Part shown: positions 1-8,301 of the stretch, piece by piece
Numbering within the stretch: the stretch's first letter is position 1
Layout: every line of letters begins with the position of its first letter
NCBI GenBank assembly: GCA_964608465.1
Contig: CAZSNI010000004.1
Location: 1 to 41,836 of the forward strand
DNA: 41,836 nt
From: an uncultured Candidatus Saccharibacteria bacterium
GTDB taxonomy: Bacteria > Patescibacteriota > Minisyncoccia > Phycocordibacterales > DATDWN01
Direction of reading: 5' to 3'
Translations under genes and position numbers: made by a program
The notes under the pieces: generated by a model
What the model saw: the letters and a program-made list of their open reading frames with translations, nothing else
What the model was told of the DNA's origin: nothing
The model's database searches: none

Positions 1-2610
1 TGCGAATGTTTGTAGTGCTGTCCATGAGTTAGCGTTACCTAGGTTAAGAGAAAGATTTCCTGATACCCCACCCACTAGATTACCTAGTGTTCCAGAGTAT
101 GAAAGTGAAGCTCCTACTGTAGGTGTACTTGTTCCGACTGATTGTAGCGCTCCTGTTCCTGCTCCATATATTAGATTACCTGATGTAAATGATTGTGCTC
201 CTGTACCTCCACCATTAACAGTAAGTGTGCCAGATACAGAAGGTGTAAATGTTAACGCTCCAGATGATGGAACTATTGTTTGTCCAAAGGTTAGACCATT
301 AAATGATGTTGATGTTGTAGAGAATGCAATAGCTGTATCTGAAGTTGTTGAGTAGCCAGAACCTAGAGCTGTTAGAGTTCCACCGCCTGAAATAATTCCA
401 AGAGATGAAGTAGAGGTTAGTGTGTACCCACCAGATGAGTTACCAACCAAAACTTGTCCATATGTTGGCGCAACAGCAAGTCCAGTTCCACCATATATAG
501 TACCTATACTAGTTGTTGCACTAACTACCCCACCATTTACTTGTAGAGGACCGTTTAGTCCAGAGAACAAACTTAGTGTTCCAATATTTGCATTAGTACT
601 AGATGAATATCCAAATGAAGCTAGTGTAGTTGATGTATTAGAGAATGTGTTAAGTGCTGTGAATGTATTAGCAGTGTATGTCTTTGGAATTGTTGTTGAT
701 GCAGCGATAAATGAATTTATAGAAACATTTAGAGATGTAGAATCCAAAGTTAATGCGCCTCCCACATTAGACAATCCTGTACCTAATAGGTTATTAAATG
801 ATGAACCGTTTATAACAAGGTTCGTTGTACTTGCTGTTGTAAATGATCCATATGTTGTTGATGAGAATACAAATGTTTGCAAGTTAGCCCAAGTATTTGC
901 GGTTGTTGTTCCGAATGCAAGACTTATTGTATTTAAAGTATTAACTAGTGGGTATGTGAATGTTAATGCCGATCCTCCACCAGTTACACAACTTCCGTTT
1001 ATCGCAAAACATCCCCCAGTTAGATTAAGACCATTAGCAAATGTAGAAGTAGCTGTTGTAGATGTTACTGAAAGTAGATTTGTAGATATTCCACCGATAA
1101 ATGTAGAAGTCGCTGTCGATGTTGCTAGAAGATTCCCTACAGTTAATTGTGTACCTGTAGCAGTAAGCGCACCCAGTGAATCAGTTGTGATGATTGAATT
1201 TGGAGCTCCTGTGAAAGATGTGCCGTTTATAGTAACAGTTGTGACTCCAGCTAAGTCAGTTGCAGTAACACCCCCACCAACAAAGTTTATTGTTGATCGA
1301 GCCACAAGATCCACCCCTTCATCTTGTATCAAGTTGTATCCACCATTCCCAGTTCCCAAACATACACCATTTACAGAAACACACCCACCAGAAAGTGATA
1401 TTCCTCCAGCAAATGTAGATGTGGCTGTGTTTGTAACTGTAAGGCTAGTTATTGTTCCCCCATTAATAGTAGGGTTATTTATAACTGTATTTGTAAGTTG
1501 GTCTATTCTCTGACTTTGCGCGATTTGTTGATATACATTAGTTATATTTCCTCCAGTTCCGGTTGATAGAGCGTATAGTTTTGAAAGAATCTCATTATTA
1601 AGTTGTTGCAAACTAGTTTGTAAATCTGCAGTTGTTACAGTTCCAGAAACAGGCTTCTCAATTATTCTTTCAACAACTCTTGTTGTATTAACTATTTTTG
1701 TTTGTGGGACATTTGTAGCAACCACTATTGGTTGTGTCTTAACTGGTGTATCGTTTTTAACAATACTGTTTGTGTTAACAATAATTGATGCCGGAGCAAA
1801 CAAACCTTCAAACCAACTGTTAATTTTTCTATAAACGACAATTCCTGAGTGGTCAACTGGATTCAAATTACTTGTAGATTCAACGACTGCTGCGACTTGT
1901 GAACGTGTCCCCTGCATTACATTTCCGACATTTCCGTAAACTGATTTTAGATTATTTGAGTACAGATCCATTACATCAGCAAATGCTGTATAGAAAAATT
2001 TTGGAGTATCAAGTATAACTTTTGTGACACCAGAGATAGATACATTTTTGTCTACAGAATACTCAGCCACAGAATTTCTTGTTTTTGAAAAATCTGCAAA
2101 ACTATTTCTTAGTGAAAATCCTCCTAGAAAAACTAAAACTAGAACCGCAACAGGAACTAGTCTCTTTGAAAAATTCAGATCAAATGCAAATAAAACTTCA
2201 TGCAAAGAATGAGCCTTACTAGTTTTGTTTTGAGATGAAATTACTTCTGATTTAGGAACTTCATTTTTTGTCACAATCACAACCTCAGAAACCACAGGAG
2301 CAACAACTTCTGGTAATGTAACTGTGTCAAATTTTTCCTCTACAACTACCGCATTGACAACTGGAGTTTCTGTGACGATCTTAATATCCTTTTTTGCATA
2401 TAAGTTTTTTGCAAAATCAAAAGTTGTTGGAGTATTCTTGTAAGTTAGAAGTGACTCCTCTTCAACATACCAAACACGACCAACTCTTTTAGATAAAACT
2501 TTTTCACTTCGGCAAAGTTGACCGATGTAATCTTTAGAGTAACCTGTTAACGCAGATGCGTCTTTAACAGAAATGTATTTTTTATTTTCAAAAAATATAT
2601 CCGAAACCAT
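1..2610 (-). CDS. Giant membrane-anchored surface/fibre protein with N-terminal excisionase-like HTH (5' part only; runs off the left edge, >=870 aa)
   Basis: Manual translation from ATG at 2610, frame spot-checked at several points to base 1: MVSDIFFENKKYISVKDASALTGYSKDYIGQLCRSEKVLSKRVGRVWYVEE (HTH_17/Xis-like), hydrophobic RLVPVAVLVLVFLGGFSL, then Thr/Ser/Gly-rich repeats (TATSTF, GGCxxxNGxC, NTWxxLQTF). Absent from the ORF track, presumably because its stop lies outside the window. Confidence 0.9.
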   Translation of the reverse strand, partial: MVSDIFFENKKYISVKDASALTGYSKDYIGQLCRSEKVLSKRVGRVWYVEEESLLTYKNTPTTFDFAKNLYAKKDIKIVTETPVVNAVVVEEKFDTVTLPEVVAPVVSEVVIVTKNEVPKSEVISSQNKTSKAHSLHEVLFAFDLNFSKRLVPVAVLVLVFLGGFSLRNSFADFSKTRNSVAEYSVDKNVSISGVTKVILDTPKFFYTAFADVMDLYSNNLKSVYGNVGNVMQGTRSQVAAVVESTSNLNPVDHSGIVVYRKINSWFEGLFAPASIIVNTNSIVKNDTPVKTQPIVVATNVPQTKIVNTTRVVERIIEKPVSGTVTTADLQTSLQQLNNEILSKLYALSTGTGGNITNVYQQIAQSQRIDQLTNTVINNPTINGGTITSLTVTNTATSTFAGGISLSGGCVSVNGVCLGTGNGGYNLIQDEGVDLVARSTINFVGGGVTATDLAGVTTVTINGTSFTGAPNSIITTDSLGALTATGTQLTVGNLLATSTATSTFIGGISTNLLSVTSTTATSTFANGLNLTGGCFAINGSCVTGGGSALTFTYPLVNTLNTISLAFGTTTANTWANLQTFVFSSTTYGSFTTASTTNLVINGSSFNNLLGTGLSNVGGALTLDSTSLNVSINSFIAASTTIPKTYTANTFTALNTFSNTSTTLASFGYSSSTNANIGTLSLFSGLNGPLQVNGGVVSATTSIGTIYGGTGLAVAPTYGQVLVGNSSGGYTLTSTSSLGIISGGGTLTALGSGYSTTSDTAIAFSTTSTSFNGLTFGQTIVPSSGALTFTPSVSGTLTVNGGGTGAQSFTSGNLIYGAGTGALQSVGTSTPTVGASLSYSGTLGNLVGGVSGNLSLNLGNANSWTALQTFA

Positions 2611-2617
2611 TGATGTA

Positions 2618-2623
2618 ATTATA
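2618..2623 (-). promoter_or_regulatory. -10 box (TATAAT) 7 nt upstream of the giant gene ATG; leaderless-type promoter
   Basis: Minus strand reads TATAAT-tacatca-ATG with no SD. Confidence 0.6.
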
Positions 2624-2654
2624 TCTGTAAAAAAAATATAATTCGACAAAAATA

Positions 2655-2663
2655 TGTGGATAA
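2655..2663. promoter_or_regulatory. Perfect DnaA box upstream of the giant gene
   Basis: TGTGGATAA (reverse complement TTATCCACA). Confidence 0.5.
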
Positions 2664-2682
2664 ATAAGGCTTTCTCGTTTAA

Positions 2683-2738
2683 CCGAGATTTTTTTGAATC
2701 CGAGAATTTGGTAAATTAATGATCCGAGATTTTGGTAA
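2683..2738. repeat. Three CCGAGA-core direct repeats
   Basis: CCGAGA at 2683, 2700 and 2724; ATCCGAGAATTTGGTAA (2698-2714) and ATCCGAGATTTTGGTAA (2722-2738) match 16/17. Confidence 0.75.
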
Positions 2739-2974
2739 GAAAAAGTAAAAAATATTGGATTCAATTTAATTAGAACTGAATAAAAAATATGGAGTTGAAC
2801 TGGGTAAGGATATGCGGATATTTAGACCAAAATGAGCCAGGACGTATTGATAAAGAGTTGAACGATAGCTTGTTAGTGAAAGGCATAAACTAGATCACTA
2901 CCAAGTTAAACTACAAGCTAGATTCTTAAACTTTAATAAATGTATCTATCTTTTATTATAGTTTACCTATAGGA

Positions 2975-2997
2975 TTATCAATGTTTATCAATGTTTA
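2975..2997. repeat. 10-bp-period direct repeat (TTATCAATGT x2 + TTA); putative operator, copy A
   Basis: Contains GTTTATCAATGTTTA (2983-2997), identical to 3851-3865; overlaps the -35 region of a minus-strand TATAAT at 2955-2960. Confidence 0.7.
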
Positions 2998-2999
2998 AG

Positions 3000-3383
3000 T
3001 TAATTATTATGAGATCGTAAATATTTTCTAATGCTCTTTGGACTAACATCTAGAGTCTTCTGTTTCTTTGATTTTAGTAATACAGATATCTTTTCAGGTG
3101 ACATTCCTTGCTGGTTATACTTCAGTATTAGATTCTGTAGTTTTGAACTCTTGGCCACCTTATTCTGGTTAGCTTTCTTACTCTCCTGTCTCTCTATTGC
3201 TCTTATATGTGCTGTGCCTGAACTGTAGTTTGTCTTGCCTCCATTTCTACTAACTTCCTCACTAATACTTGATATGCCTCGTTCTAGAAGCCTGGCGATC
3301 TCTGTGACACCTTTTCCAACCTTAAGCATCTTCTCTATTAGAAATCTCTCTTCTTTTTTTATGTGTAATTTTTTATTTTTCAT
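3000..3383 (-). CDS. Solo IS30-type N-terminal DNA-binding protein (HTH_38-like), no DDE catalytic domain
   Basis: EERFLIEKMLKVGKGVTEIARLLERGISSISEEVSRNG...Y...A...R and SPEKIS...VSPKSIRKYL match the IS30 transposase N-terminus; ends at 127 aa with TAA. Confidence 0.75.
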   Translation of the reverse strand: MKNKKLHIKKEERFLIEKMLKVGKGVTEIARLLERGISSISEEVSRNGGKTNYSSGTAHIRAIERQESKKANQNKVAKSSKLQNLILKYNQQGMSPEKISVLLKSKKQKTLDVSPKSIRKYLRSHNN

Positions 3384-3811
3384 GTTATTGTTGATTCTAC
3401 ACTCTTCGTATTTAAAGGTAAAGGTAGCATTTACAGAATATGTTGATAAATTCCAATATATCGGATAATTCAGTACAAAACTCGATACTACGTTAGTATC
3501 ATAATTATACTTTATACCGCATCAAAAACGCCATGGTTTTATGTGGCGGTGTAGTTAAAAACTAAAGTAATGCGTTCCCCACTAATACAGTATTCTGGAC
3601 AATCAATTTGGCCCTATATGACACATATAGTAGTAAAGTTAGTACACATACTCACCTCTGCAGTGATTATGGTATATAACTTGAACATTGTTTGTCTTGA
3701 TATTGAACTTAATCAAAGTATTAAGAAATGAATTTGCCAATATAAGTAATATCATATAGCGATTGAAGTAAATGACCGAAGTTCACTGTCCACATTTTAA
3801 ACAAAGAAACA

Positions 3812-3870
3812 TTGCTATTAATATATAAACCTAATAAAATATGTATATACGTTTATCAATGTTTATAAAA
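3812..3870 (+). promoter_or_regulatory. Sigma70-type promoter (TTGCTA-17 bp-TAAAAT) followed by operator-like repeat GTTTATCAAT GTTTATAAAA (copy B)
   Basis: -35 at 3812-3817, -10 at 3835-3840, repeat at 3851-3870 just before the ATG at 3886. Confidence 0.6.
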
Positions 3871-3885
3871 CTTTAATTCAACAAA

Positions 3886-4128
3886 ATGGCTAATTTATAC
3901 ATAACAATTAAACAGGCTTCTAAGATACTTGGAGTCTCTCCACTCACCCTTCGCAACTGGGATAACAATGGAAAGCTCAAAGCCCATCGCCACCCAATGA
4001 ACAACTATCGGGTTTATAAAATTGAGGATCTAGAAAAAGTAATTCATGAGATCGAAGTTAATGCGGGAATGAGAAAAAGTACCAAAAAGGAAGTTCACAA
4101 ACTCATTGTTAAGCATTTAAGAGATTAA
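3886..4128 (+). CDS. Small MerR-family/excisionase-like (BldC-like) HTH DNA-binding protein, 80 aa
   Basis: YITIKQASKILGVSPLTLRNWDNNGKLKAHRHPMNNYRVYKIEDL is a typical MerR/HTH_17 winged helix. Confidence 0.85.
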   Translation: MANLYITIKQASKILGVSPLTLRNWDNNGKLKAHRHPMNNYRVYKIEDLEKVIHEIEVNAGMRKSTKKEVHKLIVKHLRD

Positions 4129-4133
4129 AGTTC

Positions 4134-4177
4134 AAATACAAAAAAATACCTCCGTCAAGAGGTATTTTTTTGTATTT
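4134..4177. terminator. Bidirectional intrinsic terminator between the HTH gene and gatB
   Basis: Perfect 19-bp inverted repeat AAATACAAAAAAATACCTC-cgtcaa-GAGGTATTTTTTTGTATTT between convergent stops. Confidence 0.85.
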
Positions 4178-4193
4178 TACTGAAATTATTTTT

Positions 4194-5624
4194 TTATTTA
4201 TTTAGCAGTTCCATAACAATTTTTTTAAACACTTCTGGATTTACTGAACCCTTACTCACTTTCATCCCCTGCCCCACAAAAAACTGTAACAAGGATTCCT
4301 TTCCGGATTTGTATTCCGAAACTGAAGCAGGATTATCATCAATTATTTTCTGGGCCATCTTTTTAATTTCTTCAGTATCATTTTTTTGAATTAAACCTTT
4401 TTCGTTTGCAATAGTTTCCGCATCCCCACCAACCTCAAAAATAATTTTTAAAATATCTTTTGCCCCACGTGACGACAAGTCACCGTTTCCAATCATTGTT
4501 ATAAGTTTTACAAAACTAGCATTTTCAATCTTACCAACAGAAAAGTCTGTTTTTAGGTTTTTAGAAAAACCAACAATATCTGAGGTTATATAGTTTGAGG
4601 CAGTTTGAACTAGTTGTCCCCCACCAAGTTTTGAAGCCACTTCTTCAAAAAAGTTACCTGCTGAAACATTACCAATGTACACCTCAATATCGGAATCTTT
4701 GATTCCGTAAGTTTTTGAAAGTCTCTGCCTTTTTAGTTCTGGGATTTCTGGAAGGTCTTTTGAAAGAGCATCTTTTGAAAAGTCAGGAACTTCACTTGTT
4801 ATAAGTTTAGGAAGATCTGGGTCAGGAAAATATCTATAGTCGTTTGCAGACTCCTTCAATCTTTGTGAAAAAGTAGATCCTTTGTTTTCATCCCAACCTC
4901 TTGTTTCCTGAACAACTTGCTTCCCCTCTTCAATAAGTGAAGTCTGTCTTTTGAACTCGTAATCAATTGCCTTACCAGCAGCCTTAAATGAGTTGATGTT
5001 CTTAACTTCAACTTTAGTCCCGAACTTATCAGAATCTGAAACAGAAATATTTACCTCAACTCTCATCTCACCCTTTTCCATATTTGCATCTGACACATTT
5101 AAGTATTGTAGGAGTAGTTGTAGTTCCTTAGCAAAGTTCATTGCTTGCTCACTACTATGTATTACAGGCTCAGTTACTAACTCTAAAAGAGGCACTCCAG
5201 CACGATTATAATCCACAAGACTAACACCTGGAGTTTCGTGCGAGGAACGCGCTGTGTCCTCTTCTAGATGTATTCGGGTTAATTCTACCCCAGCAATAGA
5301 TCCTCCACTCACCAGCGGATACTTATACTGACTAATCTGATAACCCTTTGGGATGTCAGGGTAGAAATAGTTTTTACGATCAAACTCCGTAAAATCAGCT
5401 AGTTTACTACCTATAGAATGTCCAACAAGAAGCACTTTTCTTACTGCCTCCTTGTTAATAGTTGGTAGAGTACCTGGATGACCCAAGCAAATAGGACAGA
5501 TGTTAGTGTTAGGAGCCACCTCTTTCTTATCAAAAGAACTGTTCTTGCACCCACAAAACATCTTACTCTTGGTATTTAGTTCGGCATGTATCTCCAAACC
5601 TATTGTCATCTTATACTTATCCAT
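4194..5624 (-). CDS. gatB: Asp/Glu-tRNA amidotransferase subunit B
   Basis: IGLEIHAEL..SKMFC, CPICLGHPGTLP, RKNYFYPDIPKGYQISQ, RIHLEED, YRYFPDPDL. Confidence 0.97.
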   Translation of the reverse strand: MDKYKMTIGLEIHAELNTKSKMFCGCKNSSFDKKEVAPNTNICPICLGHPGTLPTINKEAVRKVLLVGHSIGSKLADFTEFDRKNYFYPDIPKGYQISQYKYPLVSGGSIAGVELTRIHLEEDTARSSHETPGVSLVDYNRAGVPLLELVTEPVIHSSEQAMNFAKELQLLLQYLNVSDANMEKGEMRVEVNISVSDSDKFGTKVEVKNINSFKAAGKAIDYEFKRQTSLIEEGKQVVQETRGWDENKGSTFSQRLKESANDYRYFPDPDLPKLITSEVPDFSKDALSKDLPEIPELKRQRLSKTYGIKDSDIEVYIGNVSAGNFFEEVASKLGGGQLVQTASNYITSDIVGFSKNLKTDFSVGKIENASFVKLITMIGNGDLSSRGAKDILKIIFEVGGDAETIANEKGLIQKNDTEEIKKMAQKIIDDNPASVSEYKSGKESLLQFFVGQGMKVSKGSVNPEVFKKIVMELLNK

Positions 5625-5647
5625 TTGTTTTAATTTACACTAAAATA

Positions 5648-6613
5648 CTACATTTTCCTAAGCATTTTTACCAACTCATCACTTAGTTTTTTAACTGATT
5701 CATCGTCTAATATAGAAACTGTTAGCACATCTTTGTTTTTCTTTTTAAGTGTAACCAGGAGCTTTTTAAGACTTTTCTCATCTGTGGTGTCAGTTTTGGT
5801 CACAAGAACAATTTCAGGTTTATCAAGTAAAGCTTTATCATACTTACCCAATTCAACCCTAATAAGCTTATAGTCACTTAATGGGTCTGCATTTTCGGCC
5901 GATATACAATGTAGCAATGCTTTTGTTCTAGATATATGCCTCAAGAAGTTATGCCCAAGCCCCTTACCTTCTGAAGCTCCTTCTATTAACCCAGGAATGT
6001 CAGCTATAACAAAACCGTACAAATCCCCTAGATTAGGAGCTATGGTTGTAAATTGATAACTTCCAACTTTTGCCTTAGCGGAGGTTAGAGAGTTTAGTAA
6101 GCTTGATTTACCAGCATTTGGAAAACCAACCAAACCAAGATCAACCACAAGTTTAAGTTCTATTTTATATAGTCCACCTTGAGCAGGTTTGCCAGGTGTA
6201 CTTTCTTTAGGGTTTATATTCTTAGGACCCTTGAAGTGTGCGTTTCCATAACCCCTATTTCCTCCTTTCAGAAAAAACACCACTGACTCATCCATAACCT
6301 CTACAGAATCCCCTGTGTCTAAATTAGTAACAACACTACCGATGGGAAGATCCAAAACCAGGTCTTCTCCTGCTTTTCCATGCATACAGTTTTTACTTCC
6401 ATTTTTACCATCTTCCGCTCTAAAATCCTTAATAAACCTGTACTTATATAATAGTGCAATATCACGAACACCACGAAGATATACATCTCCCCCCTTTCCT
6501 CCGTTTCCGCCCCCGGGGCCAGCATGGTCTATGCCCTTAAAATGCATCCAAGAAACAATGCCGTCCCCTCCTTTTCCAGAGTGAATCTCTACAGTTAGTT
6601 CATCTATAAACAT
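5648..6613 (-). CDS. obgE: Obg-family GTPase (no C-terminal extension)
   Basis: Gly-rich Obg fold (GKGGDG, GGNGGKGGDV), GFPNAGKSS, YQFTT, DIPGLIEGA, TKTD. Confidence 0.95.
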   Translation of the reverse strand: MFIDELTVEIHSGKGGDGIVSWMHFKGIDHAGPGGGNGGKGGDVYLRGVRDIALLYKYRFIKDFRAEDGKNGSKNCMHGKAGEDLVLDLPIGSVVTNLDTGDSVEVMDESVVFFLKGGNRGYGNAHFKGPKNINPKESTPGKPAQGGLYKIELKLVVDLGLVGFPNAGKSSLLNSLTSAKAKVGSYQFTTIAPNLGDLYGFVIADIPGLIEGASEGKGLGHNFLRHISRTKALLHCISAENADPLSDYKLIRVELGKYDKALLDKPEIVLVTKTDTTDEKSLKKLLVTLKKKNKDVLTVSILDDESVKKLSDELVKMLRKM

Positions 6614-6711
6614 ATGGGTACTCTATCAGAAAACCCTCAGCAAACCAAATTTATTATTATCCGAATTATTCAAACTTGCATACATTATAAGTATCTGATA
6701 TACACTATCAG

Positions 6712-6720
6712 TTATCCACA
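6712..6720. promoter_or_regulatory. Perfect DnaA box in the obgE / acidic-protein divergent intergenic region
   Basis: TTATCCACA. Confidence 0.5.
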
Positions 6721-6804
6721 AAAAGTATTAATGTATTGTTTTCAAAACATACAGAATTTGATACAAATTATTTAGCATTATTCGACATAAAATATATTTA
6801 TAAT

Positions 6805-7011
6805 ATGAGTGACGATGAAAAAGAAGTAGATGGTGAACTTAACCCAGATTTACTTGAAGCTGGTTTGGACGATGAGCCAGCACTAGATGGTGACGATGTT
6901 GCTGAAGATGATGGCACTGTACCACTAAGTAAACTAATTGATGATGAAGAAGAAGAGGGTGCAGAGTCTGACAGTTTCGACGATGTAGAAAGAGAAGATA
7001 AGTTATGGTAA
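6805..7011 (+). CDS. Very acidic 68-aa hypothetical protein
   Basis: ATG at 6805 (the track uses an upstream TTG at 6736); 30/68 residues D/E; followed by a terminator. Confidence 0.7.
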   Translation: MSDDEKEVDGELNPDLLEAGLDDEPALDGDDVAEDDGTVPLSKLIDDEEEEGAESDSFDDVEREDKLW

Positions 7012-7041
7012 CAAAAAAAACGCCCTAGGGCGTTTTTTTGT
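7011..7041. terminator. Bidirectional terminator between the acidic gene and tyrS
   Basis: ACAAAAAAAACGCC-ctag-GGCGTTTTTTTGT. Confidence 0.85.
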
Positions 7042-8264
7042 TATATTACTTTGATTTTTATAAACCTTCTCTTACCTATCTTGTATACACCTGTGTCTAC
7101 CTTACTTTCAACATTGGATATTCTCTCTCCGGTGTTTGTGTTTGTTATTGCCCCTTCAGAAACAAGTCTTCTGAATTCTGATTTAGAAATTACTATTTGG
7201 TTTAACATTAGTATGTCAGAAAGCAAGACGCCACTTGCAACATTTACCTCTATTGTATCCTCTGGAACACCACCTTTTGAAAAGGTGTTTTCAAAACCAT
7301 CCTCAGCCTTCTTGGCAGTGGCCTCGTCGAAACAAAGCTTCACCAACTCTCTAGCAAGAAAAACTTTATAGTCTCTAGGATTCTTACCTGAAGTTAGTGA
7401 CTCTTTGATAGACTCTATGTCACTAAGTGGCACATCTGTGACTATTTCAAGACCAGGAACTATCATCTCATCTCCCCAACTCATAACTTTTCCAAACATT
7501 TCTTCTGGAGATTGATCGAGGGAAACCATATTATTCTCAGTCTTACCCATTTTTTTACCTGTTGGATCAACTAGGAGTTTGGTCGCTAGCACAAACTTCT
7601 CTTTGTTTTTTAATGTTTTCATCAAATCCCTTCCTGCCAACATATTCCAAGTTTGATCATTTCCACCTATTTCCCCGTCCACATTCATAGCTACAGAGTC
7701 ATACCCCTGCATAAGTGGGTACATGAACTCAGAAAGATTTATCGGCTTACCTTCTTTCATTCTCACAGAAAACATTTCCCTCTCTAACATTTGTTGAACA
7801 GTGAAATTAGATGATAATTCCAAAACATCTTCAAAAGTCATTTTACTGTGCCAGCTTGAATTAAATTTAAGTTCTGCCTTATTGTTACCTTCAAAATTTA
7901 TAAACTTGGAAGCTTGTTTCTTGTAATTCTTGAGATTATTAAGAACTTCATTTTTTGTAAGTTTTTTTCTTGTAGCCGTCTTATCTGTAGGATCACCTAT
8001 CATCGCAGTAAAATCTCCCATGAGAAAAATAATCTGGTGACCCATTTTTTGGAACTTTGAAAGTTTTAATATTGGTATGACATGACCTAGATGGAGAGTT
8101 GGCCCGGTAGGATCTACACCTAAATACATAGTGAGTCTTTCACCTTTCAACATTTTAGATTTTAAAAAATCTTTATTAGGAAAAATATTTTCTACACCCC
8201 TAGACAGAAGTTCTTCAATTTCTTTTTCGTCAGTTGTTACTTTTGATTTTTTAAAGCTAAACAT
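7041..8264 (-). CDS. tyrS: Tyrosyl-tRNA synthetase
   Basis: YLGVDPTGPTLHLGH (HIGH-like), YPLMQGYD, GGNDQ, KMGKT (KMSKS-like), C-terminal S4-like domain. Confidence 0.96.
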   Translation of the reverse strand: MFSFKKSKVTTDEKEIEELLSRGVENIFPNKDFLKSKMLKGERLTMYLGVDPTGPTLHLGHVIPILKLSKFQKMGHQIIFLMGDFTAMIGDPTDKTATRKKLTKNEVLNNLKNYKKQASKFINFEGNNKAELKFNSSWHSKMTFEDVLELSSNFTVQQMLEREMFSVRMKEGKPINLSEFMYPLMQGYDSVAMNVDGEIGGNDQTWNMLAGRDLMKTLKNKEKFVLATKLLVDPTGKKMGKTENNMVSLDQSPEEMFGKVMSWGDEMIVPGLEIVTDVPLSDIESIKESLTSGKNPRDYKVFLARELVKLCFDEATAKKAEDGFENTFSKGGVPEDTIEVNVASGVLLSDILMLNQIVISKSEFRRLVSEGAITNTNTGERISNVESKVDTGVYKIGKRRFIKIKVI

Positions 8265-8301
8265 GGTATTACTTTACCACAAATGTGTTAAAATACGAGT
8301 T

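Noticed and set aside
422-1513. 363-aa plus-strand ORF
   Set aside because: Antisense shadow of the giant minus-strand gene; its Val/Pro/Asn bias mirrors Thr/Gly codons on the real strand.
2683-2800. CRISPR array
   Set aside because: The repeats are short, degenerate and irregularly spaced (17 and 24 bp), with no spacers and no cas genes.
3484-3555. Small hairpins in the 500-bp gap between the two HTH genes
   Set aside because: Short, imperfect stems with no recognisable motif; indistinguishable from background without covariation data.
2983-3865. Intact IS30 element with target-site duplication
   Set aside because: No DDE domain or terminal inverted repeats; 15 bp is far longer than typical IS30 duplications.
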